Source of the DNA: Octopus bimaculoides | Taxonomy: Eukaryota | Direction of reading: 5' to 3' | Length of the DNA: 64,000 bases | NCBI RefSeq assembly: GCF_001194135.2 | Contig: NC_068982.1 | Span: 130,839,289 to 130,903,288, forward strand | Part shown: one piece after another, positions 1 through 13,510 of the stretch | Numbering within the stretch: position 1 is the stretch's first letter | Layout: each line of letters opens with the position of its first letter | Notes under the pieces: generated by a model | The model's database searches: none | What the model was told of the DNA's origin: nothing | Seen by the model: only the letters and a program-made list of their open reading frames with translations | Position numbers and translations under genes: made by a program

Positions 1-6
1 ATATAT

Positions 7-15
7 ATACATACA

Positions 16-47
<32 letters not shown>

Positions 48-201
48 CAACAAATTAGATAGTGCTTTGTGGCTTTTCAGTTGTGTTAACTCTTATTTTT
101 AGCAAAAGCGGTACCCTCTGCACCTTTTGTGACCTCTATTAATTTTGCCTTTACGTGTGGGTGTGTGTGTGCAATCATATATTTAATCGACGTTTTTAAA
201 G

Positions 202-251
<50 letters not shown>
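7..251. repeat. (ATAC)n tract (~7-44) and (AGAT)n tract (202-251)
   Basis: Directly visible tetranucleotide runs. Confidence 0.95.
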
Positions 252-252
<1 letters not shown>

Positions 253-1695
253 GTATGTGAATCTGTGTGATATGATATAGCACATTTCTTGGTGTAGTTC
301 TACAATGTACAATGTGTGTATATGTGTCAGTGATGTATCACGGCGTGTGTGTATGTTTGTGAGTGGTGTGTGCGTGCGTGCGTGCGCGCGCGTATGTGTG
401 TGTGCATCTGGGTGTGTATTTAGGTGTTTGTTTTTAATCCACGAGGGAAAAATGGAAATATTCCATTGAACATATGCGTTCATTCAAAAAATGACTGTAT
501 TACCACTCTCTTTCTAAAACAATTTGCATTTTTAACAACCAATGGCATAAGCGATGTCGCAATGAATGGATGTCGTCAACGCACGCCAGGATATGTTCTC
601 GATATTCGCCGATGTATGTGGCGTCCTGTCTATGTGCATGTGGGCGTCTAACCAGATGGAAGTATACGAGGTTGGATTACAAGAAGGCATACAAAAGGTG
701 TGCCTTCTCAGTTTTGGTTATTTTCCATTGACGAACGAAATATATGCTTAATGAGTAGAATATATAAATGTATGTAGCAGGGTCGGATTAAGCCCGATAG
801 AGTCTCTGAGCACTTAGAGGATCTTGGTACGCCATATATATGTAATTCAAAATATAAACAATAATAAACCATAAAATAGATTTCAATCATTCAAAATGAA
901 ACAAAACTAATAGAAAAATGGAAAATAACGTTTATTTTTGTCTACTTCCACCTCATTTATAATTGAAATGTGTTTCCTTACTCTTTTTAGTGACAAAGTC
1001 TTTGATCAAATCATTCCTATGACACCATGAACACTTCGAAATTACATCTTCGATCATATAAACTACTTCGAATTTTATTTTAGCAAGTTTAAAATGATTT
1101 CTCTTGTGCCCCCAATTCGCTTGATACCCTAACCACGTGTATATTTTGTTTAATGATTAATCCAGCACTGTGTTGCTTGCATGCATGTGTCTATATACAA
1201 GCATGTGTGTATAGGAGAATTATCGTTGACAGATTACGTATTCTTGTAATTTGGAAACTGATTCTGGATCTCTGAACCTTATAGCAGTTTAGAATGAACA
1301 TAAGTTGAGGATTTAGAGACATGAGATACAGATTTCTTTTTTTTCATTCGATAGTCTTCTCGTCTGCCATAACCTGGTTCCTGAGCATTTCTAGGACTGT
1401 CATCCCATTGGTCCCTGAATTATTTGCGGGGTTTGAGCAGAGTATCTCACTTCGAACTAAATATTTATATGACAAAAAAAAAAAAAAAAATAGACATTTC
1501 ACAAAATTCTGTAAAGCACATTTTCCTTGAGAGTGAGCGCTGTTGATAGCTAATGACATCTCGTCATTCTGAATCTGTGATGTAAAATGAATTCATTTAC
1601 TTTTCGTATATGCAATTTCTCTCTATTGTCAATAGTCCGGAGATGGTTATCTCCACAAATCGGCATTCACTTTGCAAAATACAGTGTTGGAACCT

Positions 1696-2500
1696 GATCA
1701 TCATCGTTCATCAAGATCTTTTAACTGATGTAGCCAATCGTTGGAGTGCAACTCTCAACGCTTTCGAAGTTAATTATCGCCACAGGTTTTGATTTTCTGT
1801 AAAGTATAACAGGGTCGCGGTGTTACAACCTGTCCTATCCGTGATGTTGCGAGACCAAGATTTTCTCTGTCTGCCTCTCTTTCGCCCTCTCTCAACTGTG
1901 CACTGAGGAATAGTTTTGGACAGAGAGTTTTGACAGGATACATGACCGTACTAGTCAAGCTTTCGTCTTTTTACCTGCACAAGTAGTGATTCCTGTCTAC
2001 CTAACAAAGCTGTTCGTTTTGTGCTCTGTGTAAGGGATGTGTAGCAGCCTTCTGAAGCACCTGTACTCAAACACCTTGATCCTTTGCTCCATGTCAGCTG
2101 TAGCAGTCCAGCTCTCACACACATACAGAAGGATGGAAGTCGACAGGGACTTGTACACTCTAAGTGTTGTTGAAAAACTAATGGAATTGCTTTTTTAGAC
2201 GGTGTTCAGTTTCGTCATGGCAGCAGAGGCTAAACTCAGTCTTGTTGTAATTTCCTTTTGAGATCTGCCTTTCTTGGTCAAAGTGCATCCTAGGTACTTG
2301 AAGATGCCCACTCCATCAGGTTTCTCGCCGTTTAGCATGATGTTAATTGCAGTGCTTTAGTTGTTATTGTTAACCAGGGTCTTTCTCTTTTCTCGGCTGA
2401 TGGCCATCCCGTGTGCACCTGATAACTTTTCCACTTTGATGGGGAGCTCCTGTAGTTCTGTTTCATTGCTTCCTAACGATATTGGAACCTGATGTAGTGA
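1696..2500 (-). mobile_element. RTE-clade LINE, 5'-truncated 3' fragment (RT thumb/C-terminus), pseudogenised
   Basis: Minus-strand translation with stops and frameshifts: ...FKYLGCTLTKKGRSQKEITTRLSLASAAMTKL..., LRVYKSLSTSILLYVCESWT, FEYRCFRRLLHIPYTEHKTN, KRRKLD*YGHV, RGRKRGRQRKSW. These match the RTE/BovB ORF2 C-terminal motifs (YLGS, LLYGCESW, RRKL.WYGH, RGRQRK.W). Confidence 0.85.
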
Positions 2501-2640
2501 CCATAAGACTCATTGTGATTAACAAGTGCTTTTACGTTATTCCACTGTAAGTTTGAATTAAAGACGCTTCACTTTGATTTACAATACATGAATTATTCTT
2601 ATCAGAGTTTGGTTAGACAGAATGGTCTCCATCACCACTG

Positions 2641-2760
<120 letters not shown>

Positions 2761-4625
2761 ACACTTAGAAATACTTAGATCGGTTTGGGTCAGAATTGAC
2801 CCAGACCATGACGAACTTAAGGACATCACCTGGAAAAGACATTTAATGATGTTTCATATTACATTCATTCTTTTGGCACCTTAGTCCATTTGAATAAAGA
2901 GTTATTGCTTGTTATCTTCTCCTGCATACTCCTTTAACAAACAAGACTTTCAGTCTAAGCTCTCATCTTCGTCACACAACTCTAATAAAATAGTTATTAA
3001 AGGGTGATTTCTGCAGGTTAGCTGTTGTGATCACCTAACTTGTCGCTTCGGTAAGTTAGGCAGATATTAAATTTAAATAATCAGGCATGAATGTGGCGGG
3101 AGCAAGTAACACAAAGGAGACTGTCACGTGATGCCAGACAGCATTTCCAAGCGAATTTATCGCACTCTCTTTTTAACCCGTAGTTCCGAGCCTATGCCTA
3201 TCTATAAATAAAAATCTTTGCGCCACATTGAACTAGTAGCACAAAAGAGGCCATCAAAATACTGTTCATGTTTCTTTACCGAACCAGCAAGGTCTGCGCG
3301 CCACCATATCCTTCTGTATTAGATTATCTACTTGCAACTCACACAATACGACCACAATTTCAGAGTTCATATATTTTGTCTTTGCATACACACGCAACGC
3401 TCTTTGAATTTGGTAAGCTTCTGACTGTATTCTACATTTCAATAACCAAACAATTCCTTTTTAGAAAAGTGAAAAAAAAAAAAAAAACTGTATTGTACAA
3501 TCCAACTGCACGCAATTTCTCTAAATAGGAAATCAAACATTTGTCTGTAATACATTCTTCTTTTTTTTTTTTTTGCATGAAATCTCCAGTGCATTTCTTT
3601 TAACACGCTTTTTTTCCCCACATAAAATAATTGTAATTTTCTTTTTTAGTTCACTCTATCATGCATAATATCTTTTGGTTGTTACGTATTCATTGTTTAC
3701 TCATAAACTTTGGACAAACCAAGTTCACACAGGCTATTTATTGTACCGAATTAAATTGCTATTTCGTTGGAAAGATTTGTTGTTTCTGCATTCCAGCACC
3801 ATTCGCTTTATCTAAGTTTTACAGATAAGATGTGTTATGCAAGTAGTTTCTTATAGAGTGTCGTGTGGTCGGTCGTCCTTCTATTTTCATCTGAAATCCA
3901 GTGGAAAATTCTTTTTTACTGTAAACATAATTATAGTTGGTGCAACCACTTATATTATTCTCCAAGTGTTCCGACGCTGAGGCTAACACTCGTGGCCAGA
4001 ATTTAGCCTAAAGAATTTTTTTTTTTACCAGAATACTTTCAAAATAATATAAGATCTTTTTGAACCCAACATTAATAGCTTTGACAGAAACATTAGTAGT
4101 ATCATAGGCATTTAATCCATTCATAGTTTTATATAAAATAATTTTACAGAAGCCTTGCCAAAGTCACCAAGTTCTTTTCGATACATGCATATTGCAGCCA
4201 TATAAGATTACATATATCTGTATACATATATGTGTATTGACATGTATTCATGTGAATACATGTGTGTGCGTTTGTGTATGTATTTGTGTGATAGCTGATA
4301 GATGAGAAACAGACAGACAGATAGACAGACAGATCAATCGATCGATCGATAGATAAATAGCCACACAGAGAGAAACAGAAAGAGAGAGAGTGAGAGAGAC
4401 AGACAGGGACATACATGGAAACGTTAAGTGCCTGTGGAGATTTAGGAGCATTTCTGTGCAACTTTAGATCCGTGTAAGTGTTTATGTATTGCATAAGAAT
4501 GTCTTTATCAATGATTCAAGCAAAGTGTGGCCGTTGATTATTTGCCTGAATTTTCAACACGCTATTTGAAAGAGACATGGAACAGAGACGAAAACAATTT
4601 AAACAATACGACTATCATACGGGAT

Positions 4626-4705
<80 letters not shown>

Positions 4706-5141
4706 NNNNNNNNNNNNNNNNNNNNNNNNNNNNNNNNNNNNNNNNNNNNNNNNNNNNNNNNNNNNNNNNNNNNNNNNNNNNNNNNNNNNNNNNNNNNNNN
4801 NNNNNNNNNNNNNNNNNNNNNNNNNNNNNNNNNNNNNNNNNNNNNNNNNNNNNNNNNNNNNNNNNNNNNNNNNNNNNNNNNNNNNNNNNNNNNNNNNNNN
4901 NNNNNNNNNNNNNNNNNNNNNNNNNNNNNNNNNNNNNNNNNNNNNNNNNNNNNNNNNNNNNNNNNNNNNNNNNNNNNNNNNNNNNNNNNNNNNNNNNNNN
5001 NNNNNNNNNNNNNNNNNNNNNNNNNNNNNNNNNNNNNNNNNNNNNNNNNNNNNNNNNNNNNNNNNNNNNNNNNNNNNNNNNNNNNNNNNNNNNNNNNNNN
5101 NNNNNNNNNNNNNNNNNNNNNNNNNNNNNNNNNNNNNNNNN
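4706..5141. other. Assembly gap (N run) flanked by (AT)n/(AG)n and (GT)n
   Basis: N characters. Confidence 0.99.
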
Positions 5142-5152
5142 GTGTGTGTGTA

Positions 5153-5191
<39 letters not shown>

Positions 5192-6372
5192 GCGTGCGTG
5201 CGTGCGTGTGTGTGTAGCCTTTTAAATTTTTATGCTTTATGGTTTAGTCAGAGAAGAAAAGATAGTACTCTAACTCTTTTCAGGATCTCAGAGACTAGTC
5301 GAAATATAAAAGAATTTATCATCAGATTGGGTCTAAAATCAACCGAATCAATTCCCTGCAAAGCGCTTATGGTATCCAAATGGTAATGCTAAACTGGGTG
5401 ACAACACAAAGACAGGAACAGTCCTTCCAACGAGCGTCTATGTCGTTGTTATTATGTTAAACTGTCGTATGTCCAAATTTGGCCTAATGCATTTTTCTCA
5501 ATATTTAATTTTCTTTACAATAGCAGGTTCTTTTAGTCAAACTATCGTATCTCTAGCTGCTTCAGATGCCAAGATATGAAAATTATCAATGTGTAGTACA
5601 ACGGTTTAGCAGTTTTCAAAAGTATAGTAAGTCCCACATACGATAGTTTTGCAAAACATTTTCTGACTGAAAATATACATGCATGGAGTTACGATTTTAT
5701 GCACCCAACAAAGTATTATTGTTAAGCTGAAACTGTTGCTAATGTAAAAAGAATGGTGGAACTATTTTTTCGTTTATTGAAAAAGTATCGTTTTGGACTT
5801 ACGACCCTTTTGCATAATAGCAACGATATGATTATATTTTTGTCCACCAAATTTCTGTTACAAAGCATTTGGGAATTTGAGTCATAGATAGAAGTAATCA
5901 CTTGCCTAAGTATCTTCGCAGGTGGATTGGACCGAAAAATCCGCAATTGTAAAGCTGCTATCATTTCAACCACTGATAAATATTACAACTTTTAAATAGC
6001 AATGGACCTCACCGAATTGAAACAGAAGGCAAGGTGTTATTGTTGGAATTTTACAACCCTTCCCAGATTTTAGGCTAACTACATTCAATTTTTTTTTTCG
6101 TTCTGTTGTTTTTTACTTGTATTGTTAACACAGTAAGCTGAAAGATTAGTAAAATATGGTTTTCTTTCAGAATATTGTTTTGTGAGGATTGTCATTTGGG
6201 CATTTTATCGCCATGCTTTTTTCACTGCAAAGCTGATTAACGACGTACGGACAATAGTCTCATTCTGATAATAGTAGACACGGTCACTCGGTACACATAT
6301 TTTACATTAGTTCATGTATGTATGCTATGTGTGTGTGTGTGTGTGTGTGTATTCATATATATATATATATAT

Positions 6373-6508
6373 NNNNNNNNNNNNNNNNNNNNNNNNNNNN
6401 NNNNNNNNNNNNNNNNNNNNNNNNNNNNNNNNNNNNNNNNNNNNNNNNNNNNNNNNNNNNNNNNNNNNNNNNNNNNNNNNNNNNNNNNNNNNNNNNNNNN
6501 NNNNNNNN
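6373..6508. other. Assembly gap (N run) within (AT)n
   Basis: N characters. Confidence 0.99.
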
Positions 6509-7395
6509 TATATATATGCGTGTGTCTGTGTGTATGCGCATGCAGTGGGTAAGTTTTAAAGTTATCACGTTTAATAACCTAAATCATGCTATCATGTATG
6601 TCAATAATAAAAATAAGGATAGTAAGGAAAATGAAAGGAGAGGAAGGAGAAGGATATCCAAAGATAAAAAAAGGGCCAACTTTAAGAATGTAACAAATAT
6701 AGGCATTTTGTTTGCAGTGACACTAGTGAGTTATAGGTAAATATTCTCTTCAAGACGTTCAATCGTAGCCTAAAGCATCTAACATGGCTGCATCCTGTGT
6801 CGGCCCGTGCAAAGCATTCAGAATACTCATGCTGTGATGTTCTTGATTATATTAGCTATATTGATGCGATATAAATTTTGTTTCCAGTAAAGAAAATAAA
6901 GATGGTATTAACTACAGAGATGATGATGATGATAATTATTTTTTCAAAGCAGCTAAATGTCATTAGATGTGTGAATTTAGATGAATTTCATTACTGGCCG
7001 AGGTGTATTTTCATAAACATATACATCCGCATATGCTTTCTTCGAAGTGCTTGGCATGTATTGTTTATTAAGCGCCCTAGATTTTTGTTGAAACTAAATT
7101 GCTTTCGCTGGTCTGTGAATTTATATTTTTTCTCACAGTATAATAGTCTGCAAAATGCATCGCTGGAATTACTTGCAATCGCAATCTGCGCATATATGTT
7201 TGAATTGTAATACATTGTGGCGTTGTTTTTGTACCCTTAACAACATTTTGCATTGCAATGTACAAGTGTCCTTGAGTTGGTTTACGAATATGTAGACATG
7301 TATTCAAATATGCCTGTGCATATATGTGTGTGTATATGAACAGATACACACACAAATGTTTGTGTATATAAATAGACACGCACACAAATACACAC

Positions 7396-7448
<53 letters not shown>

Positions 7449-7843
7449 TTATATGTACGTGCATACATACTAGCACATAATACTGTATACGTGTATTTGT
7501 GTATATATGTATATGCGTGTTTGTTTGTTTATTTATCTTTGCATATTGAGGTGTACAAACATGACTGTTTACTTCAGTTTTATATACTTGCTTTCGGTAT
7601 TAAGTTTGGTCATTCTATCATCCTTACAGTTTTTTGTTTTTACTTTATTATTTATGTATTTATAAGTTTAATAAATCTCACATGTGTTTCATGAAGATAA
7701 CGAGTTGTAAAGGCGTCTTGGTCAAATCACAATGAGAACATGCTGCGACAAAAATCATATAAATAACAAAAAATATAAAAATACACGACAGTCATTCCTT
7801 TTTCGTTCACTGATATGTATGCGTTTACTCTCTCTCTCTCTCT

Positions 7844-7900
<57 letters not shown>

Positions 7901-8377
7901 ACACACACACAGGAACACACAAAAAGGAGAGAGAGAGATGGGGAGGAAAGTGTACCGAACAACCGGTTGAAGTGTTGGCGGTTCGGATCCTATTGCTGGC
8001 GATGCTGACACAACCAGCTCTTTGCAACTGACTGTATATTAAGTTGCAAGTTAGTAAGAGCAGTTGGCATTTCTCATGTTTGTAAGCAGCGGCTGTGTGG
8101 CTACAACAGAGATTTTATCCGTGAACAGAAAAAAAAAGGCCAAAATGACTAGTTTCTAGTTCTCCTACAATCGCGTGCGTGTGCATGTGTGTATGTGTGA
8201 TTGTTTGTAGGTATGCCTGAGTTGAATGTGCTTGTGTATGTCTGTACCGATTTGACGTGGCAACATGGAATCTTATACATATACGTTTGTATATATATAT
8301 ATATATATATATAAGAAAGAAAATGCACACACTTCACATAGTTTTAATACACTTTTAAATATATTTAATATTATGCT

Positions 8378-8410
8378 TGTCGACCGGTTTCGCTTTCGCT
8401 AATCATGACA
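8378..8410 (-). ncRNA. Minimal type I hammerhead ribozyme motif with A3-U8 variant core
   Basis: Minus strand reads UGUC-AUGAUUA-GC GAAA GC-GAAA-CCGG-UC-GACA: 4-bp stem I, core, 2-bp stem II with GNRA loop, GAAA, palindromic stem III (ACCGGU), GUC cleavage triplet. Confidence 0.7.
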
Positions 8411-8830
8411 TTGAAATTATATCAGTCCATTCTGTCTTTCTGAAAGACAGAATGGACTAACCAGTACAGGAAACTGGGTAGCCATTGGTCGAGGCGTGTC
8501 CAGCCTTTTGCATCGCCTGTAATCCCCATATCCGTCTCCATATACGTGGTGTGCCTCACACATACACACATACACACACATCTATGTACGCATGCTTTTC
8601 TTTTCTCTCTTTTTTTCCACCTCCTCCCACCCTCAAGAACTAGCATACATCTGTCGTGCTTGCATACACAAATACCAATTGTAGCACAGTTCCGGATAGC
8701 TATCTTGAACTTCCTGCATGTCTTCATTCGGTTAATTGAGCCAGAGAAACTAGCTTTCTGCAAGAAGCGTATGAAACTTTAAATCGCATGAGGCCCAGAT
8801 CAAATTGTTTTAAATAAAAATATAATGCAA

Positions 8831-8844
<14 letters not shown>

Positions 8845-8907
<63 letters not shown>
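8845..8907. repeat. (AGAT)n microsatellite
   Basis: Directly visible. Confidence 0.95.
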
Positions 8908-8909
<2 letters not shown>

Positions 8910-8944
8910 GTGCGTGTGCGTCTGTGCACACACGCACACATATC

Positions 8945-9177
8945 ACGTGATCACGTGACCGACCAGATTATCAGATGCTTTACATTCTTTAAGCCATCAA
9001 ATGACGCCAGCCTGCTGGCCAGGCGAGCAGGCCAACACTCCCCATTGATCGAAAGGAGACTGGAGGAACGTGAAATGAAGTGTTTTGCACAAGAACACAA
9101 CACACTCCTCGGTTTGGGAATCGAACTCATGAACTAGAGATCATGAGTGCAACAGCCTAACCACAAGGCCACGTACC

Positions 9178-9180
<3 letters not shown>
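8945..9180 (-). mobile_element. tRNA-derived SINE with CORE/V-like central block
   Basis: Minus strand: A-box-like gtggccttgtggttagg, B-box-like gagttcgattccc, then gtgttcttgtgcaaaacacttcatttcacgttcctccagtc, a central block shared with the SINE at 56718. Confidence 0.7.
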
Positions 9181-9213
<33 letters not shown>

Positions 9214-9879
9214 TACACACAAATACACACATACATATATATATAAATATATACACACATATATATTCATATATTTACATACATTTACACATACATGATA
9301 TATATGCACGCATACATATGTATGCACACACACATTATACACGTACGCATGCACACACACATATATGTATGTATGTTTGTATGCATGTAAGTATATGAAG
9401 TTTTCTCAAACCTAACTGTCAGGAAGCGCCTAACAGCAACTTAATGAGACATTTCTCAATTTAAAAGGAACACAAAATATCGCCGACCTGTTGACTGATT
9501 GTCCTATTCATTGTCGACGTGCTTATATACACTCTCTTATATAAATATATAAATATGTGTGTGCATGACAATGGGTATTTAAATGACATAATTGACAATG
9601 CTTAGAAGGCTGCGAACCCAGCTGGTTTGACAAGACACGTAAATCCAAATATATGAAATTTAGTCATCATCTACTAATATTAATTCTTCCGCATCGTCAC
9701 TGGCTCCAGGCACACAATTTTGAAGTTTATGGGAGGAACCACATAACATTAACAATGGCTGTGACGTCAAATACCTACAACTGGGAAAAGAAAATGCGAT
9801 GTATCAAGGACTTACTTGGGTCACGGAGAACGTAGCTCGAGTTTAGATAATATTGTTTTCTAGCATAGATATTATGCCA

Positions 9880-10010
9880 TGCACTTTGATTAAGGGATAT
9901 TTGACTATATCAGCTCCAGTACTTGACACATACAGATGTTATCGACTCTGGAATGCAGAGAGACAAAGTCAGCTACAGTAATGTTTGAACTCAGATCATA
10001 AAGTTACATA
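9880..10010 (-). mobile_element. Old, diverged SINE family A fragment
   Basis: ttatcgactctggaatgcagagagacaaagtcagc...tttgaactcaga aligns loosely to the reverse complement of the family A copies (e.g. 39883-40100). Confidence 0.45.
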
Positions 10011-10205
10011 ACTAATTATTGCAAAATATTTTGTAAGACGCCCTATTGTGTCTTTCATTTCAGCACCCTTTACATTCCATTACTGAAGTTAAATACTGCT
10101 TACTACTTCTCATACATCTCTTTTTTTAAAATGATATCCAGCATAAAGAGTCCACTCACACACAAACACACACACACACACATCCACACACATGGACATA
10201 CATAG

Positions 10206-10241
<36 letters not shown>

Positions 10242-10298
10242 TGTGTGTGTGTGTGTGTGTGTATGTACATATATATATGTGTGTGTGTATATATATCT

Positions 10299-10372
<74 letters not shown>

Positions 10373-10373
<1 letters not shown>

Positions 10374-10544
10374 ATAGAGACAGCTGATGAAGGGATATTC
10401 CAAGTGGCTTTCCGTTTTCCTATATGTTCGTTCCGTTGTCTGTAGTTTATTGTTCTAACGTCCTGTACCCTGATATGCATGTATATACACATGTAGATGT
10501 AAGTATGTACATATATGTGTGTATACATGTATATATATTCTTTG

Positions 10545-10601
<57 letters not shown>

Positions 10602-10772
10602 ATAGAGACAGCTGATGAAGGGATATTCCAAGTGGCTTTCCGTTTTCCTATATGTTCGTTCCGTTGTCTGTAGTTTATTGTTCTAACGTCCTGTACCCTG
10701 ATATGCATGTATATACACATGTAGATGTAAGTATGTACATATATGTGTGTATACATGTATATATATTCTTTG

Positions 10773-10776
<4 letters not shown>
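10373..10776. repeat. Perfect tandem duplication, period 228 bp (identical 176-bp cores at 10373-10548 and 10601-10776)
   Basis: Base-for-base identical cores separated by (AT)n(AG)n. Confidence 0.95.
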
Positions 10777-10809
<33 letters not shown>

Positions 10810-11308
10810 CATACATGAGTATAAGTTCATTGGGGTTTAACCCAGATGTTTATCGTGTTATGAACTTCCTAGATAAAATTGTAAATTGCAGATCTTCCAG
10901 ATAAGTATCTGAAAATCCACAAATATTGGTAAGGTATTTTTAGTGACAAATATTAAAAATGGAGAGTGAAAAATAATTTTACTACTTCAATATACAATTG
11001 TTTCGTCATAATTCAATATAATCAATCTTGAAACATTTTGCTGTATATTCATAGATTTTTTACAAAGCAAAATTTGAGAGTGATTTCGGAGTTTTGGCTT
11101 ACTAACAGACGCATAAACATGCATACACACATAAACATATGCATAAACATACATACATACATACATGCATGTATGTATGTATGTATGTATATATAGTATA
11201 TATATGCACACATATACATACATATATATATATTCACTCTCACACACACACATATTATACACGTACGCAGATACACACACAGATCAATGCATATGTGTGT
11301 GAATGTAC

Positions 11309-11345
<37 letters not shown>

Positions 11346-12146
11346 AAATAAATATGCAGAGTTGACATGTCATTAAGGAACGGGACAGACTTATTGTCTG
11401 GAGGTATGTGGAAAATATTGGACACGTGTTTCTGCCTCAATAGGCGTCATCACCACGTTAATCCTCATAACCTATCTCCAGAAACGTAGACATATACAAA
11501 AACAATATGGCCTGGGTAATGTGATTAAATTAAACAAATATGAAATAAGTCTGGCCAGCCGTGTGTATATGATCCACACAAACACAGTTGTATTAAATAC
11601 AATACTATGTAAATTCTTGATTTATCAAAAGAATGTGTCACAATTAAAAAATGGCCATTGGTATTTTCTGCTTCCCATTCATGAATTACCCAAACATGCT
11701 GCACGTTGCATTTCACTCGGGAAACGGTGACCTTATTTACTTCACTCAAGTAACAGCTGAACAGCAAACATGAAGTCTAAAAAGACACAACGCGTAGGAA
11801 CGTTTTCAAGCAGAACCAGTATGATATACCATTAACCTCTGTCCTACTATACAGGGATCAATGAGCGATGAAGATGAAGAAAGCAATGTACTCTTGTTGA
11901 AGGCCAACTTGACATAAGTTATAAGAGTACAATTGGAAGTGAGTATCCTGGACATTTAATAGGGATGGTTCTTTCCACGACTTCTCAGCAAAGTGAAAGG
12001 TGCAATTTCATTTCCAGGTTTTCAAACTGTCATGACAGAATTTGCACCACCTGCAAATTGTACTTTCAGTGAAAGACAGCGATACTCATTGGGATGGAAC
12101 AGTATCAGAAGTTTATACATTTCAAACAACCAGCCAAGAGTTTTAA

Positions 12147-12610
12147 GGTCCTTTCACCATGCTGTTAAAGGTCTGTAAATTATACAACTTATTTCAGCTT
12201 TCACCCAAGTATTGTAATGATCTTGCTAAAGATTTAAAGCATCAAGCTCAATAGATTAATGTCAGCTTGGAGGTACTGCAAGGCATTTTGTCTGATGTTC
12301 TAATGATACTTAATACAAGGGAATATATTTGGGATAGAAAATAATTAACTGAATCGACTACAGCTACTGTCACAGACGTTCAGTTTTTTTACATTAAAAT
12401 AGTAAAGATAGAATGGGATTAAATATTACCAGTCAATTAAGCCACCCTTTCACGGCTCTTAATCCATATAATAAATCTTGCAAATTACTTCAACGTCTGA
12501 ATTCCATGGCGCTCTGTTAAAATACATCAAAGACGGCACTCGATCTGCTTGGGTCAAAGCTGAAATAAGTTGTATAGTCTACAAACCTTTAACAGCATGG
12601 TGAAAGGACC
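12147..12610. mobile_element. Non-autonomous DNA transposon (MITE), Kolobok-like
   Basis: ~63-bp terminal inverted repeats (12147-12209 and 12548-12610, ~4 mismatches). GG...CC termini, flanked by TTAA (12143-12146) and TTGA (12611-12614). No coding capacity. Confidence 0.75.
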
Positions 12611-12794
12611 TTGAATGTATAGGTAAACCTCCCGCAGACCTTACAAATTACACCATCCTACACATGTAGGACTCATTGAATAATGCAGTCATAGATATTT
12701 CTTAAAAAACTGCATAACCGAGGATAGAATGCTTCTGAATATAGATTTCTCAAAATTGGCTGGTCTGCGGATTAGCAACAAGAATTGCAGTGAG

Positions 12795-12795
<1 letters not shown>

Positions 12796-12867
<72 letters not shown>

Positions 12868-12990
12868 TATGTATGTATGTATGTATGTATGTATGTATGT
12901 ATGTATGTATGTATGTACGTACGTACGAATGTATGTATGTATGCATGTAAGTATGTATGTGTGTATGTATGTATGTATGCACGTACGTAT
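12796..12990. repeat. (GT)n followed by (ATGT)n compound microsatellite
   Basis: Directly visible. Confidence 0.95.
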
Positions 12991-13155
12991 GTATGCATAT
13001 ATCAGAAAACTTGCACGGAAAAAACGTCACATATTTCCTTTACATCATGTATTAGAGGTTAACACTTTCTGTAAACTTCTGTACGTATATGCATGTACAT
13101 ATGTGTGTGTATGTGTGTATGAATACACTTATACGTATAAATATATATATGTGTA

Positions 13156-13199
<44 letters not shown>

Positions 13200-13469
13200 C
13201 ACGCAAATACACATACGCAAAAATAACATTATATCTGTATAGCCAGTATATTAAATGCATGTATAACTGATTAAATATATTCATGTTAATCAAGTAACTA
13301 TAATTTGTTAAAATAAGAAAATTAATATGTATGTATATGTATACACACACATGTATACCTCCAGGCAAATACGCATAAGATAAATATACATATGTACATG
13401 TTTACTTATGTATATGCACACATGTATACATATATAAATCTACACATATATATAAATATACACACTCAA

Positions 13470-13510
<41 letters not shown>

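Noticed and set aside
778-850. cagggtcggattaagccc..., resembling a hAT-type terminus
   Set aside because: No matching opposite end or 8-bp TSD found.
10380-10420. CTGATGA hammerhead-like start (gacagctgatgaagggatattcc), duplicated at ~10610
   Set aside because: No GAAA, stem III or cleavage triplet follows.
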